A stretch of 64,000 bases of DNA from Chrysomallon squamiferum. Taxonomy: Eukaryota > Animalia > Mollusca. Below, one piece after another: positions 13,599-27,894 of the stretch (the stretch's first letter is position 1; each line of letters begins with the position of its first letter). The stretch lies in assembly GCA_012295275.1 (NCBI GenBank), contig CM022672.1, positions 23,374,001 through 23,438,000 on the forward strand, written 5' to 3'. The position numbers and the translations under genes are program-made. The notes under the pieces are model-generated. The model saw nothing but the letters and a program-made list of their open reading frames with translations. It did not search any database and was not told where the DNA came from.

Positions 13599-13655
13599 TT
13601 TACTCCACCAGAAGATTCAGTCGGTGAAGATAATCTCTGTTACATATGTATGTGT
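13599..13655 (+). repeat. 57-bp direct repeat, copy 2 (right flank of SINE)
   Basis: 53/57 identical to 13318-13374. Confidence 0.9.
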
Positions 13656-13656
13656 T

Positions 13657-13690
<34 letters not shown>

Positions 13691-14056
13691 TGTATGTAGT
13701 ATGTATGTATGTTTGTGTGTATGTATGTATGTATGTATGTATGTATGTATGTGTATATATGTATGTATGTATATATGTATGTATGTATGTATGCATGTAG
13801 TATGTATGTATGTATGTAGTATGTATGTATGTATGTATGTATGTGTGTGTATGTATGTATGTATGTATGTGTATGTATGTGTGTATATGTATGCATGTAT
13901 GTATGTATGTATGTGTATGTATGTGTGTATATGTATGCATGTATGTATGTATATATGTATGTTTATGTATGTGTGTATATGTATGTTTGTATGCATGCAT
14001 ACATGTATGTGTGTGTGTACATATGTGCATGTGTGTGTATGTAGGTATGTGTATAC

Positions 14057-14091
<35 letters not shown>

Positions 14092-14102
14092 TGTGTGTGT
14101 GT
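13645..14102. repeat. Compound (TATG)n/(TG)n microsatellite of about 450 bp
   Basis: Source of the spurious MYVC/HTYI ORFs. Confidence 0.95.
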
Positions 14103-15939
14103 CTGTATAAAGGACGTACATATATAAATGTAAAGAAGGTAAAGTGCCAGCCTTCTACCGGAACAGACACACTCAGGTTTACATGTTTACCCCAGTGGTG
14201 AAGCTCGTTCATATACTCTTAAACAAAGCGCGTATAATATTACGATAAACAACAATCAGTGACTAATAGATATGCGTGACAAATGCTTTGCGGAATACCC
14301 ACAGGGACGTCGTAAAGTACACGGTTGTAGTCATCAAGCATAATTATCAACATAAATAAGCTCATTTTTGATACTGATAATGGTGTGAGGACCAGATAAG
14401 AAGACGTGTAAGTAAACTTGCTCGATCGTGGAACAGATTTATGACGTTGAAAGTGAGGTTTCTTTTTATTAAAATTGCGCAAAAAACGCAAGTTGTAATT
14501 TCCGGCAGTGTCATGCGTAAATCATTTGGCTCTATTTGGATTTTGTAATTAACTATCTAAACATTAACCTTTTTGTCTGCAGTAGTTTTAAAAAAAAAGA
14601 GAGAAAAAGATACGACTCTAAACCTACATCATCACTTAATTATTAATTTTAACTAACTAACTAAATAAATAACAGTCAATGCAACAACAAAAGAAACTAA
14701 CTGATCAAAGCTTCACCATAAGGTACACACTTAATATTACATTCTAAAGGAGTTTTAAAGCTGTATTAAAACTATATTTTGTAATAGTTATTAAGCCTGA
14801 CAAGAATTCCAGACTGTATAAAACGTACCAATAGCCCTCTCAAAAAAAAAAAAAAAAAAAAAAACAAAAACAAAAAAATAAAATAAAATAAAATAAATTA
14901 ATAATAATAATAATACCTCGACCGAAACCCCGAACAAACCCCCCAAAACAACAACAAACAAACAAACAAAAAAGAGAAAAAACACAACAGAAACAACAAG
15001 AAATAACCTGAAGGAATTATAAAACATAATTCAAAGTCGAAAGTTCTGTAATATTTTCTGTAAGGAGCCTCAAGATAGTCACCTAAGACTGAATTAATAA
15101 TTTTTTCAACCAAAATCCCATTTCAGTAACAGCATAGAAAAACGTGTGTGATTAAAATGAAATCTTCATTCAACGACGATTATAAACAGTCTTTCAGAAA
15201 AACGATATTACCGATAACTGTTTATAAAATTATCTGAATTATGAAAAAAAAAAAAAAAAAAAAAAAATATATAATAATAATAAAAATATTACAAATGCCA
15301 ATCAGGTATCACAATGTTTTTGAAATGAATTTTGAAACATTGATGTAGCATGAGTAAGGTGATCCGAATATCTAAGACGTTTGTGTCTTGCCAGTGAAAA
15401 TTGAATATTTATTGCTAATAACGTGCATCATTAAAGTCTAAACGTTCGCTTTACGTTATTATTAGTTTGAAACATGCACGCTTTACAGGACGACACTGAG
15501 TTATTGGCGTTCAGGGAAAAAGAAACCAATGATTTCTTTTTTTGTCTTTGAACCATAAATAATCTTTGTTTTCTAATTAGTTGTAAAAGTCTTAATGGGT
15601 GTTCCACGAGGTTATTGACCGAAAGCATTCATTGCCTGCTAAAAGGTCATCATCTCAGTTTCCCAGATTTATCAGGAACCGAGGGATGTCCACAATATGA
15701 CAGTTAATTTACATCGCCTGATATTCTGAAATAGTGTTTCTCTGTACTGTAAGGAACCTGCTACAGAAATAAAAAGTAAAACAAATTATTATGAAACTGA
15801 TGTCAGATCACAATTCAGAAATATATAGAGAGAGATGAGGAAGGGAAAAGTTCGTAAAGACCATATTCATCAAACTATCCATTAATGCAAACAAATAGAA
15901 AAAACAACTAAATATATGTTATAGAAATACGTATGTTAT

Positions 15940-15964
15940 CTGTGTATGTATGTATGTATGTCTG

Positions 15965-16001
<37 letters not shown>

Positions 16002-16117
16002 ATATATCTATGTATGTATGTATGTATGCATGCATGCATGTATGTATGTGTATATGTGCATGTTTATATATGCTTATGTATGTAGGTATATATATATATG
16101 ACTGCATGTTTATATAT

Positions 16118-16192
<75 letters not shown>

Positions 16193-16240
16193 AAAGTATG
16201 AATGTATAGTTACTTGCATGGATATATCTATAATTAAATG

Positions 16241-16306
<66 letters not shown>

Positions 16307-16330
16307 TGCCTATGGCTGTGTGTATGTGTG
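15940..16330. repeat. Compound (TA)n/(TATG)n/(TG)n microsatellite
   Basis: Visible simple repeats. Confidence 0.9.
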
Positions 16331-18854
16331 TGTATGGGTATCATGTACATGTCAGCATATCTCTCTACTAATCTCTGTATAATTACTATATAATCTAAAC
16401 TGTCTTAGATGTCTTTCCACAACGACACTTCATTTTCCTTTAAAAAAAAAAATTGCCAGTTATAATTTGTGAACCTTTGCCAAAAACACTAATTAGCTGT
16501 TAAGTCCTGACGGAATACACTAAACATAACACCTTTTTATGTCTGTGGTCATTAACCGTTGTGCCAATGCGACTGAAAGCATATGATAATAATGAAGTGT
16601 TGTGAACAAAGAAAGAAGAAAAAAAACCGAATACCGTTATACCGCGGCTAGTGCATGTTTAGAACGTATAGCGCTAATTGAAATCGTGCATGTGAGTACC
16701 GTAGTTAACACAATGCAGGGTAATTGGATTTTCAAAACACATTTGTAAAATTGTATAGTATGTCTGTATATGTAGTTCAAGTGTGAAAGATTTAATGTAT
16801 ATAAATTAAAGAATATTTAATTAAAAATAAATTAGTTTTAAATAAAGTTAAAACAAATAACAGAAATAAAAAGGATATCTTTTTTTTCAGGGTGGGTGGA
16901 GGTGTGTATGGAACGTGACATAGGTTACATAAATTAGAGATGGAATGAGTTCAAGGTCTACTAATTTATTTGTTTTGTTCTTATAACTGAAGAGTTAAAT
17001 GACAAAGTCTTTGTTTTAAATGTGAAAATAGAACCAAGTTAAGACGTATATATATATATATATATATATATCCTCCAACAAATATGTATTACCACGAAAT
17101 GTGTATAATCCTGAAAATTTCAGAAAATGTGTGTAATGTCTGATTCACAATGGAAATTGGCTATGCAATGGCTGCAAATAGATGATACTCTGACTGCCAT
17201 CGATGGAGAATGTTGTGAGGAAGACTAGATGATGATAGCCCTGTGTGAATACCAGAACCGAACGTGCCGTAAGGAGAGAAAATTTGAATCCACTGTGAAG
17301 ACTGAACATTTTCTGAAACTGAAAAAAATCGGAATCTGTACTGTTATCTCCTAACCAACAGAGAAGAATGTTTTTAATGTCACAGTTTGCTCTTCCTACG
17401 GTCCCTTTTTATTCCATTATTCCATAGACTCTTCTTCAAAACATATTTTTTGTATAAGCCGAAGAAACTATTTCAGAGTTCGTCAGGTTTACGCTTAATC
17501 AATCTCATCTCATTAAAGCAAGATTCTGAGTGTATACAGGTTTTCAGATGTTATGACATGCATGACATTTATCCATGTCTTCGACATTTTTATTGTTAAT
17601 GATTTATAATTATGTAGACACTAACTGCATATAGGTCAATATTTAGTCATTCGTGTTTAGCAGTTAAATTTCGCTGACGAGATAATTAACATTCTTCTCG
17701 TTATATATGTCTCTTGCGTACCGGGTCTTTTATTTATTTACTTTCGTAAACATTAGATTTATTGCATTGAGAAGATTTCGCGTGGCGAAAGTAACACGTG
17801 GGACAAAAGGATGGTGGAAAGAACAAACTAATGAATGAATAAATAAACAGATAAATAAAATCTTTTGCGAACAACAGAAAGCGTAATGGAAAAAACAAAA
17901 TAAAAAATAATTTTTGCTCTCTGGAGTTTATTGAAATAAATCATTAAAATAAAAATGAAAAGAAGAACATATAAAAAAGAACAATTAAACAAAAAAGAGG
18001 AAAGATAAATGGGTTTATTCAATCCAATGACATTACAAAGCAACACAACCTTGTTTGAAACCTGCACAAAGAGATATTATGTTAAATCGACGTACCAAAT
18101 CAATTTTTCTCCAGTTAAATATTTCTTTTATTAGTTTTCTTTCGAACTCTCTTTTCCCATTTATTAAAACACGATTAAATGGTGTAAACGAGTGATGATT
18201 TCCATCATGGAAAACTTAACACATTTATACATTTGATCTAAGATTGCTTAGACGCATATCACTTACTTAGGACGGCTTTATGTTGTCGATGTAATCAGGT
18301 CTTACATTACATACTGAAATATGTGGTTTTCATAATACGTCCTGACATTTCTTCAGATGGATGTTTCGCTAAACCTGACTGCCAAACGTGAATACTTCTT
18401 AACCGAGTCTCAGGGATCCATCAGTTTAACTTCTCTGATAACATGGAAAATCACCTTCTAAACACATCCAATACATCGAATCACAAGCAGCTTCTATCTT
18501 ACAAGTACTCTCTGTTGTTATTTACAAGAACAATGCCGACAGAATCGTCTTAAAATTTATGTTTATTGAGAAATCATTGCCTGATGTCTGGGCGATTAGT
18601 TTGGTTTTGCGAGGCGATGCGTCATCAAGAACGGACTTAAAGATTGGCCCTGAAAAGATGGTGGCTATTCTTTGGAACAAACGGTTGTTTATATATATTG
18701 TGAAATAGCAAAAGGCGTCTGATTGTGTTTTGATAAGCCGTTTATTTGTCACAACTGACTGATTTCGTTTTTCTTTCGTACTTATTTTAATTTGCATATT
18801 TACATATATCGTAATATCGAACCATTGTTATTAGAAAGAAAAGGTAAGTAGATA

Positions 18855-18959
<105 letters not shown>

Positions 18960-19907
18960 TGATATTTATTTGTTTATTAATTAGTTTGCTCACATCAGAT
19001 GCATTCATAGGGATAACGTCATGCACAGTAATTTACAGCATTTAAGATAAATTATAAACGTGCTGAAAATAAATAGTATTTAATTACACAATAGATAAAA
19101 CATTCTGGTACTGAAAATTACTAGAAACAACAACAACAAAACAATAATAATAACAACAATAATAACAAGAACAACAACAATAATAATAATAATAATAATA
19201 ATAATAACTGTAATAAATAATGATAAAAATCACATAGTGTGGCAGAAAACATCTTCGAAATAAAAACTAAGAGAAAGCAGCAACACAGCAATGACAAAAA
19301 GTAACCTGCGGCGAATGAAATGATTTTTTTAAACCCTCAAGCCGCCTCTCAAGCAAAAACAGCAACAAGAAAATGTTATAAAGAGAAATAACGTAAAATA
19401 CGTAGAAGAAAAGAAGAAAAAGACATTATGCAAAGAGATATAAAAATTAAGGAAATTAGAATATTATGTTTTTAAGCTTTTGAATAATAACTTCCTTTTT
19501 TTTATTATTATTTTTTTTAAATATATTAGTTTAGAAAGGTGAGCATATATTGTGTCGCGAATTAGAACTAATTTAAGGATTTTGTTTCTCAACTTTTTAA
19601 TAATTTTATCTTAAATTATTCCTGCTTTGTTGCCATTTTAACAGTAAGAAAAGATTCAAAGCAAGAAAATATTTTGTGAATAAAACAAAATGCAATGAAT
19701 GAATGATTGAACGAATAAATAAATAAATAACAAGAGACGCAACAATAACAACAACAACAACAACAACAACAATAAAAAGTATTTACCATAGTTATATGTT
19801 GATATCTTCGGTTGTTTTAAAATTTGGCGTATCCGCGTAATGTTCTGACATATTTGCGTTTAAAGAATTATTCAAGTAAACATTTTACAGACGTGAGCAC
19901 CGATCTC

Positions 19908-20014
<107 letters not shown>

Positions 20015-20406
20015 TATTAATAAAAAAAAAAAATAAAAAAAAAAAAAAAAATTTTATAATCAATTTTTTGCTTACATACTACCTTCCTTGATGGTGACTA
20101 CGTCGACTTGTAATTTTCTGCAGAATGCCACTGGGTCAAAACACGTCTATTATTAACCAAAGCGTTAACACGATTTTTTTTCACACTATTGTTCTAAACA
20201 ATAGCTCCTCAAATAGTTTCCGTACTGAAACACACTGTTAATTGTTATAGATTTCTTCGGTTAAAGTTTCTAAAGACCAGTCATTACCTTTGTCAATTAC
20301 TAAATTAGAAAGCGCAATATGTAATAAAGAGTGTAAGTGTTTAGTTGCCTCAGTGATAAAATGATTAAATAAATAAATAAATAAATAAGTAAAGAAGAAC
20401 TTTAGC

Positions 20407-20494
20407 ACTACTACTGCTGCTGTTACCATCACCACTACCACTACCTCCATCGCAGCTACTACTACTACTGCTGCTACTACTACTACTACTACTG

Positions 20495-20533
<39 letters not shown>

Positions 20534-20746
20534 TTACTACGACCACTATTATGACTATAGCTATAAATACGAACATTGCCACTACCATGACCATTACTAC
20601 TACTACGACTTCATTTTGACTTTGAATTTGACTACAACCACTACCACCAATATTACTACAATTACAAAGATGACGACGATCACCGCCACTACTATAACTA
20701 GAAAAGTATCAGTAATAATTAAAATAATTATCGTAATCATCATCAT

Positions 20747-20784
<38 letters not shown>

Positions 20785-20820
20785 TTATTATTATTGTTGT
20801 TATTATTGTTATTTTTTATT
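20407..20820. repeat. Degenerate (ACT)n/(ATT)n trinucleotide region
   Basis: Source of the poly-Thr and poly-Val pseudo-ORFs. Confidence 0.9.
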
Positions 20821-20887
20821 ATTAAATATTATTATTATCTGAACTAATTGCAAGTGTTATCTAAGACGAATATTATTTTGTTATAAA

Positions 20888-21075
<188 letters not shown>

Positions 21076-21645
21076 TGTCTCTCTCTCTCATGGCAAAATG
21101 GTAACATGTCAAGATAGGACTCTAATTCACAGTACAGCTAATAATAACCGTGACTGACAAAACCTTTTATTTTATAAATATCAAGAAAACATGTTAATGT
21201 TATTTTCGCGGATAATGCCATATGGACATGTTTTAGTAGACAGAATAACCATTATTGATGAAATGTATCAGCTGAGTTTCTATATACTTTGTGAAGTGCC
21301 ACATGAGACATCATATTAAAAAATACTAATAAAAAAAAAATACTAATAAAAAATAAAATGCAAAAGAATAATAGTTAAAGTGACTTGTTAATTATTTTCT
21401 AACTAATAATGATTATCAGTGAATATATCGTTCTCTCCGATCAGTCTGTTTGTAAAGCGCTTGTATAAGACAGAAATCGATTTTCCCCACTTCTAGAACA
21501 CCAGGACAGCCAAAGATTTAAAGGGAACTAACTGGTGCACTTTACAATTTCCAGTTGTGACTGTAATTAATTCCCTTGAAAGTACCGTTCTGCTGCGCCT
21601 TGCTCACGATAACGCGGCATTTACATGTCTGCGGTTTAGCAAGCG

Positions 21646-21661
21646 CAGCGCCCCCTGACGG
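21646..21661 (-). promoter_or_regulatory. CTCF-like motif
   Basis: Minus strand CCGTCAGGGGGCGCTG is close to the CTCF core and lies in a locally GC-richer patch. Confidence 0.45.
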
Positions 21662-23229
21662 AACATTTATTAATAGAAATGTGATGAAGGACAATACGTT
21701 GTTATGCCGTTGAATGGTTTTGAAGAAAAGTCAAAATTTTGGGCAACTATTCATAGCTTTAATGTTTGGTTATAAAATAACAAAGAGGATAATTTCACTG
21801 ACACCCATGCTTATAAAAGCCTGTGTACTTACCATGCACGCATACAGTTCTGCTTTCACAGTATCCGACTGCCGTCTGGTTGTTGACAATCAAAACGATG
21901 CCGTACACGATCACAGTATTACTATATTTAGAACGCGCGACCTTTAGAAATGTATGGAAATTTTAATGGCCGTGCCTCTATTTATATTCACAATTGAAAC
22001 AACATACGTAACTTTTAATATGTTCTGTTGTTGGTTTCACTCGATAAATATTGATTATATAACTGTTGGATCTTATTAATATGGTGAACAATTAAAAAAT
22101 TAAACTATAATAACAGTATGTAGTGTTTTCCCTAGAAATTTGGCAAGGTTTGGTAGATAAAACATTGTGGGAATATTTTCACCATTTTTAGGGAACCTTT
22201 TTTTTTTTTTTTTTGCATTGAAAAAAGAAATAAATAAAACATAAATAAACCGAAATAAACATAAATGTAATTAATGTCTTTTCTTTAATAAACGAATGGC
22301 AAATGTAAATATGTTACTACAACTGAAAAAATATAACATTTTAAGCTGAATTTTCTTCGTTCGAAATCAGTGCTGTTGTGTACTTTCATCAACTGTTTTA
22401 ATGTTTTAACTGCATTTTTTTGGTTAATACAATGCCATGGACATCATGCAGATATAGCAAAAATTGCAACCCAAGTATATTTACCTTCATATATGTAAGT
22501 ATATTTCTTTATTTCTTCAAAATAGTTAAGTACCGCGAGATCGTGGAAACCCATTTTTGGAATAATTACAGAAATAAAATATAAATGAAAACGCATAAAA
22601 ATATTAAATTAAGAGTAATGTTAATAAGATCAATAACGACAAAAATAAAACTGAATACAAAAATTAAATTTGAAGATAAAATGTTGATAAAAAAAACACA
22701 TGCCAAAAGTATGTAACGGTAAATTCAGATAGTTACAAAAAGTCTAAATGTACTGAGTCAGCAATCCATGCACATTAGTTTGGCCATTTTCAAAATTATA
22801 ATGACGTTCTGAAGTATATGCTACAAACACCCATCAACACGCACACTACTTCACATATATATATATGCATACATCATACAAATACATACAAAATGTATAT
22901 TTTATAGAAAACTAAAAATTCTACAGGAAAATATTAGCTTTATCAATGATTTGATAGCGAGTAAGAACGAAACAACAAATATCATCATGATAAGACTTTA
23001 AATTTTTTGAAAAAATGCAATTAGGCAAATTTTCACTAGATAAACTCCGAAATAGATTACTAGAGTAATCTGAGCTTTATTAGCAGTAGAAAACATCACA
23101 TTTTTTAGATTAATTTTAATTTTAGTAAATGAAAAATACTTGGCAGACTATTGCAGTCCTATTAATTACAGCTGTTTATAAGTTTCTAAGTAGCATTGCA
23201 AACCTTCAATCATTAATATATATATATAT

Positions 23230-23451
23230 ATTCGGCCTTATCACAGATGGAGATATGTAATAATGAAATGTACAGAATGTTACTAGCGGAAGTGAAAACG
23301 AAACATCAAACCCTGTGCTTAGATTTACAGTGTTTACAGTTTTGTGTCATTAAATAAAGAAGTTATATTCATTAACTAGGTGTAAAACAAACAAACATTT
23401 AATATGTATATATTTCATTATTACATATCTCCATCTGTGATGAGGCCGAAT
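23230..23451. repeat. 40-bp inverted repeat (39/40) with 142-bp spacer
   Basis: attcggccttatcacagatggagatatgtaataatgaaat (23230-23269) versus revcomp of 23412-23451, with one mismatch. Confidence 0.9.
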
Positions 23452-24296
23452 GTCGATTTGTGAATATAACAAATTAATATAAGAATCAAAAACTGGAACT
23501 GCATACGTTTTACTCAATAATTTAGAAATATAATTCAACAAAAAAGCGAATCATCATTAAGCAAATGTTTTTAAAGAGATTTGACATTTAATTCTTATTT
23601 AAAATCCGACACTGTTGCTCTGCTTTCACACTGGAATCTTCGCTAAATCTTCGCTAGATCCCGGCTCCCCAACGTAGGCTAAACAGTTTGCACGTAATCT
23701 CGAACACTGCCAGTCATCCTCTGAACTTCATGGAAGAATGTATTAGCATCTAGGTAAGCTTTAGTTAAGTAACCAAGTAAAATAAGTAAGCAAAATCAAT
23801 AAAACTGCTTGTAGACAATCTCACTGAGAGATATAAACACGCTTTCTCTCGTCACATTTTCTAAATCCTCACAGACGCGTCAATGGTTAGTATACAGTAA
23901 TTGTGCTAATTTTGAGGTACCTAACCAACGTTCCATTTGTTGTTACGCCAAGAAAATATTTAGACAGATTAGTGGTAACAGTGTTTGAAGCACGTAGGAC
24001 AAAATTATGCTGCGGAAGAAAACGTGTGGTACGAGTGTTAACCAAGAAGAGATTTACTGGCCAGGTCTCGACCAGCCTCACGTCTGGGTTAGTAGTTCCG
24101 TGTGTACTGAATGATAAAATCGCAAACTGTAAATTGATGTGATGTGGATCCAGGCAGGTCACGACTATGTCACGGCAAAAACCGTGAGCTACAGAAAAAT
24201 AGAATATGTGGATCTAACGTGATACCTCCCATTTTTTTTTTTCTTTATAATCAAACTTTTAATAATCATTTTGTCAGTTACGAACTTTAATGGCGT

Positions 24297-24331
<35 letters not shown>

Positions 24332-24443
24332 CAGAAATATTGCATCCATTCCCGGTGAAGTCGTGAGTTCTGTGAGGCCAAAATGTTCAGGGTGGTTTTA
24401 ATGTTTTGCAAATGAAGCATATAGTTATAATAGATAATTGTGT

Positions 24444-24444
<1 letters not shown>

Positions 24445-24538
<94 letters not shown>
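24445..24538. repeat. (AG)n microsatellite
   Basis: Perfect dinucleotide run. Confidence 0.95.
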
Positions 24539-24540
<2 letters not shown>

Positions 24541-24793
24541 AATAAATAAACAAAAACTGTTTTAAGTTCCATTTTGTTCCGAAACCTCCTTTTTTCTCTT
24601 GTAATCGAGATGTGCATCAAGCCTTTCTGAAGTGTTTATTTGAGAAGTTCACACCACCTCTGTTGTATCTAGCTGATTAACAATGATTGTTTAAATCTAA
24701 TTAATAATGTGTTTTATAACGTAATAGAATAATAAACGTATTCACTGATTTGCAAATTTAGAGGTAACTCTTAGGGTCTCATGCAAAGTGTGA

Positions 24794-24857
<64 letters not shown>

Positions 24858-26626
24858 TACCTAAATTTGGCTTAATACGGTTAATTTTTTTTTCGGACTG
24901 TTTTTCAGCGATACGGAATTATAAATTGTGCTGAGGATTTCATATCGTCGTAAAAAGTCTTGCTCCAATTTTGTAACTGGTGCAGTTAATCAAATGTGTT
25001 CGACATCTTAACAACATTTTTTCTTTCGATACATTTAAGCAAGCTTTCCTAGACCCATCGAGGCAAACAAACATTGCCGATTTGAATTTTAAAATATTAC
25101 AGGCCTGCATGTTACAAATTAAAGCATGTCTCATATATCGTAACTTCTTCTCGATAATTAAAGAGGATGTAAATTTTTGCTTCTCTTTAATATTCAGTTA
25201 ACAGTCCTTGTGAAGTGATTTTTATTTCTTGTCTGTCAAAGTTCGCGACACAATAAGTATCATTTACTACATAAATCATAACATCCCGCTAATATCGGGT
25301 TTAGATTAAGTTATTGTCATTATTTATTACATATTTATTTGTAGTATTCTACCACGTTTTAATTAATTTGTTTTATTTCTGTTGATTCGTTCATGTTGAC
25401 GATGGACGTTTTACGTTACGTTATTTTATTTACTTATAAATAATAATAATAATCATGAGTGCATGTTTGACACCTGCAAGTATGTATTTATAGAACTCAT
25501 TTACAACATACCAACCTACGTAATTTCCCATCTATCATAAGCTGCAAAAGAAAACAACAACGAAAAAAAAAAAAAAAACTTTCTCTCAATCGAGATGAAT
25601 ATCTCCCTCAGTGAAAGCTACAGGTTTCCTGTTTCACATGATCACCACACAAAAACCCCAAGCGTATTTGACAAGAGAAATGAAAGTATGATAAGTGTTA
25701 TTTGCCGTGTTTTGCTATAATAGTATGCTTTACGAAAATAGCAACTGCGAATCCATGCAGTCGCTTTGAGGAATGGAGCCAAGACTTGATGCTAAATTAT
25801 TACTTCAGTCAAAGGAAAATAGATTTTTGAATTATCCCCGATGCCTCTTCATTGTGCAGCGAATTTATTCTGACAACTGCTTATTTGACTGAATGAAATA
25901 TCATCTGTAACCTACAGGATTTCGTAATCGAATGCCAATTGGCATTAAACTGGTTGTAGCTGTTACAGTTATTATGCTGATAACATTGATGGTAATGGTC
26001 ACAGTTAAAAACGATAATTATGATTATAGTTATTTTTCTGTCTAATATAAAACAAAAATATGTTAAAATAAAACAACAATTAATTGAATGTTCAGTGAAG
26101 GAATAACAAAAAAAAAAAAAAAAATGAAAGAAAAGAGAAAATAAATAAAATAAAATAAATTTAGAATGTGTATTGTTAACAATGCGCTAAAAAAAAAAAA
26201 AAAAAAAAAAGGAAAATTAAATTAAAAAAACCCCCAAAACAACACAAACAAGTGACCTTAAGGATTCCTGTTCGATCTCCTTAAAGTTGGAGGTAGATCA
26301 AATCTTGCCAACGTGAAAACGAATTATCCACGATAGTGTTGTGTATCAGGTTATTCAGTAATAATTTCCAGTATTTATTTGCTATCAATAACTTCTTTAA
26401 ATACTACCTTATGGAATAAAATTCATTTAGTAATATAAATCTCATTAACTGTCCAGTGTCTAATACACACTTGTTCGCGATAATAAATTAAAAGTAACTA
26501 AAAAAAAATGGTTTATGGTAAACTTTTGTCAACAGTTAGATAGATGTATATGATGATGGAATCATTGTCTTTTCTCGAACGTTTTGTTATTGTTATTGTT
26601 ATTATCATGCATATGTATCTATTTCA

Positions 26627-26668
<42 letters not shown>

Positions 26669-27289
26669 CACTAAATAAATAAAATAAAATAAATTAATCA
26701 AAACAGTCAAAAAGATAATGTTAATATTAATAATAATAAAAAATAATTTAAAAAGATATATTAAGAACAAAATTAATAAATTAAAAAAAAATAATATATA
26801 CCAAAATGGAATAACTATTATAAACACACCCACTAAAATATGAATAATATCAAGGGAACACACACAAACACACACGCACACACACACACACACACACAAA
26901 AAGAAATGTAAAACAATTCCTAAGTAAAATGAATTTGTAACAAAAAATTCAGATTTACGTATATCATATGACTTTGATAAGTATCATTTATCAGCATGCG
27001 ACGTAGGCTTATAATTATCAGATTTCGAAACCAGTTTAACAAAATAACATAAATATATCCTTTTCTTAGATTTCAAAACAATGCTAAATACGCAGTAATA
27101 TTTGAAAAAGCTTGCTGTGCATTTATTTATTACGTTTCTCATTTGTAAACAACTAAATCACTCATATTTCTTCTGTAATATTTTTTGTAAGATATGACTG
27201 ATGTTACATTATTTAAAAAGACTGCAGCGGAAATGTGTTTTTGCTGGGACAGATATATGTTATAGCACTTCATTGTGCAGTGTTTAATC

Positions 27290-27730
27290 TCTGTGAATTT
27301 ACATTTAATTCGATGTGGTCAAGATAACGTGTGTCAGAATATCTATCTCCGTATTGTTCAAAATTTTATTTTACGTTTAATTCGATGTGTTCAAGATAAT
27401 ATTGGTCACAGTATATATTCTCGTTGTTCAGTCTCTCTGCATTTACGTTTCATACGACATGTCTAAGATAATATAGGTGGCTACATCTGTGAATACGACA
27501 CGGCAAAGATAATATAGGTCACATTACCTGAATTTTCGTTTAATACGACTTGGCTAAGAAAATATAGGTCACAGTATCTGTGAATTTTCGTGTAATACGT
27601 CTTGGCTAAGAAAGTATAGGTCACGGTATCTGTGTATTTTCGTTTAATACAACATGGCTAAGATAATATAGGTCAGAATATCTATCTTCGTATTTTCATT
27701 CTCTGTGCTTTTATGATTAATAGTACATGA
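27290..27730 (+). repeat. Degenerate minisatellite, about 7-8 units of about 52 bp and 72 bp
   Basis: Core TTTAATACGACWTGGCTAAGATAATATAGGTCACAGTATCTGTGAATTTTCG recurs at about 27304, 27376, 27448, 27492, 27539, 27591 and 27643. Confidence 0.85.
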
Positions 27731-27838
27731 CTCTTCTCCTAAACATACCCGTTGCTGGATGCCCCATTTGTGTCAGTTTTCTACAAATGTTTGATTAAAC
27801 ACAGTGATAAGTACTTTATAAATATTTGTAGCTATTCG

Positions 27839-27894
<56 letters not shown>

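Noticed and set aside
14240-14491. ORF containing VPVGIPQS, similar to the LINE RT motif GVPQGS
   Set aside because: No YADD or other RT motifs nearby in any frame, so probably chance.
22121-22936. hAT-like element with termini tagtgttttccctagaaattt and aaaattctacaggaaaatatta
   Set aside because: The TIR match needs gaps and several mismatches, there is no 8-bp TSD, and no convincing transposase remnant.
23887-24162. Overlapping ORFs in a GC-richer patch
   Set aside because: No recognisable domain and no convincing splice-site pair. It cannot be called coding without a homology search.
27290-27730. Regularly spaced repeats reminiscent of a CRISPR array
   Set aside because: Whole units are homologous with no unique spacers, there are no cas genes, and the context is eukaryotic. 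It is a minisatellite.
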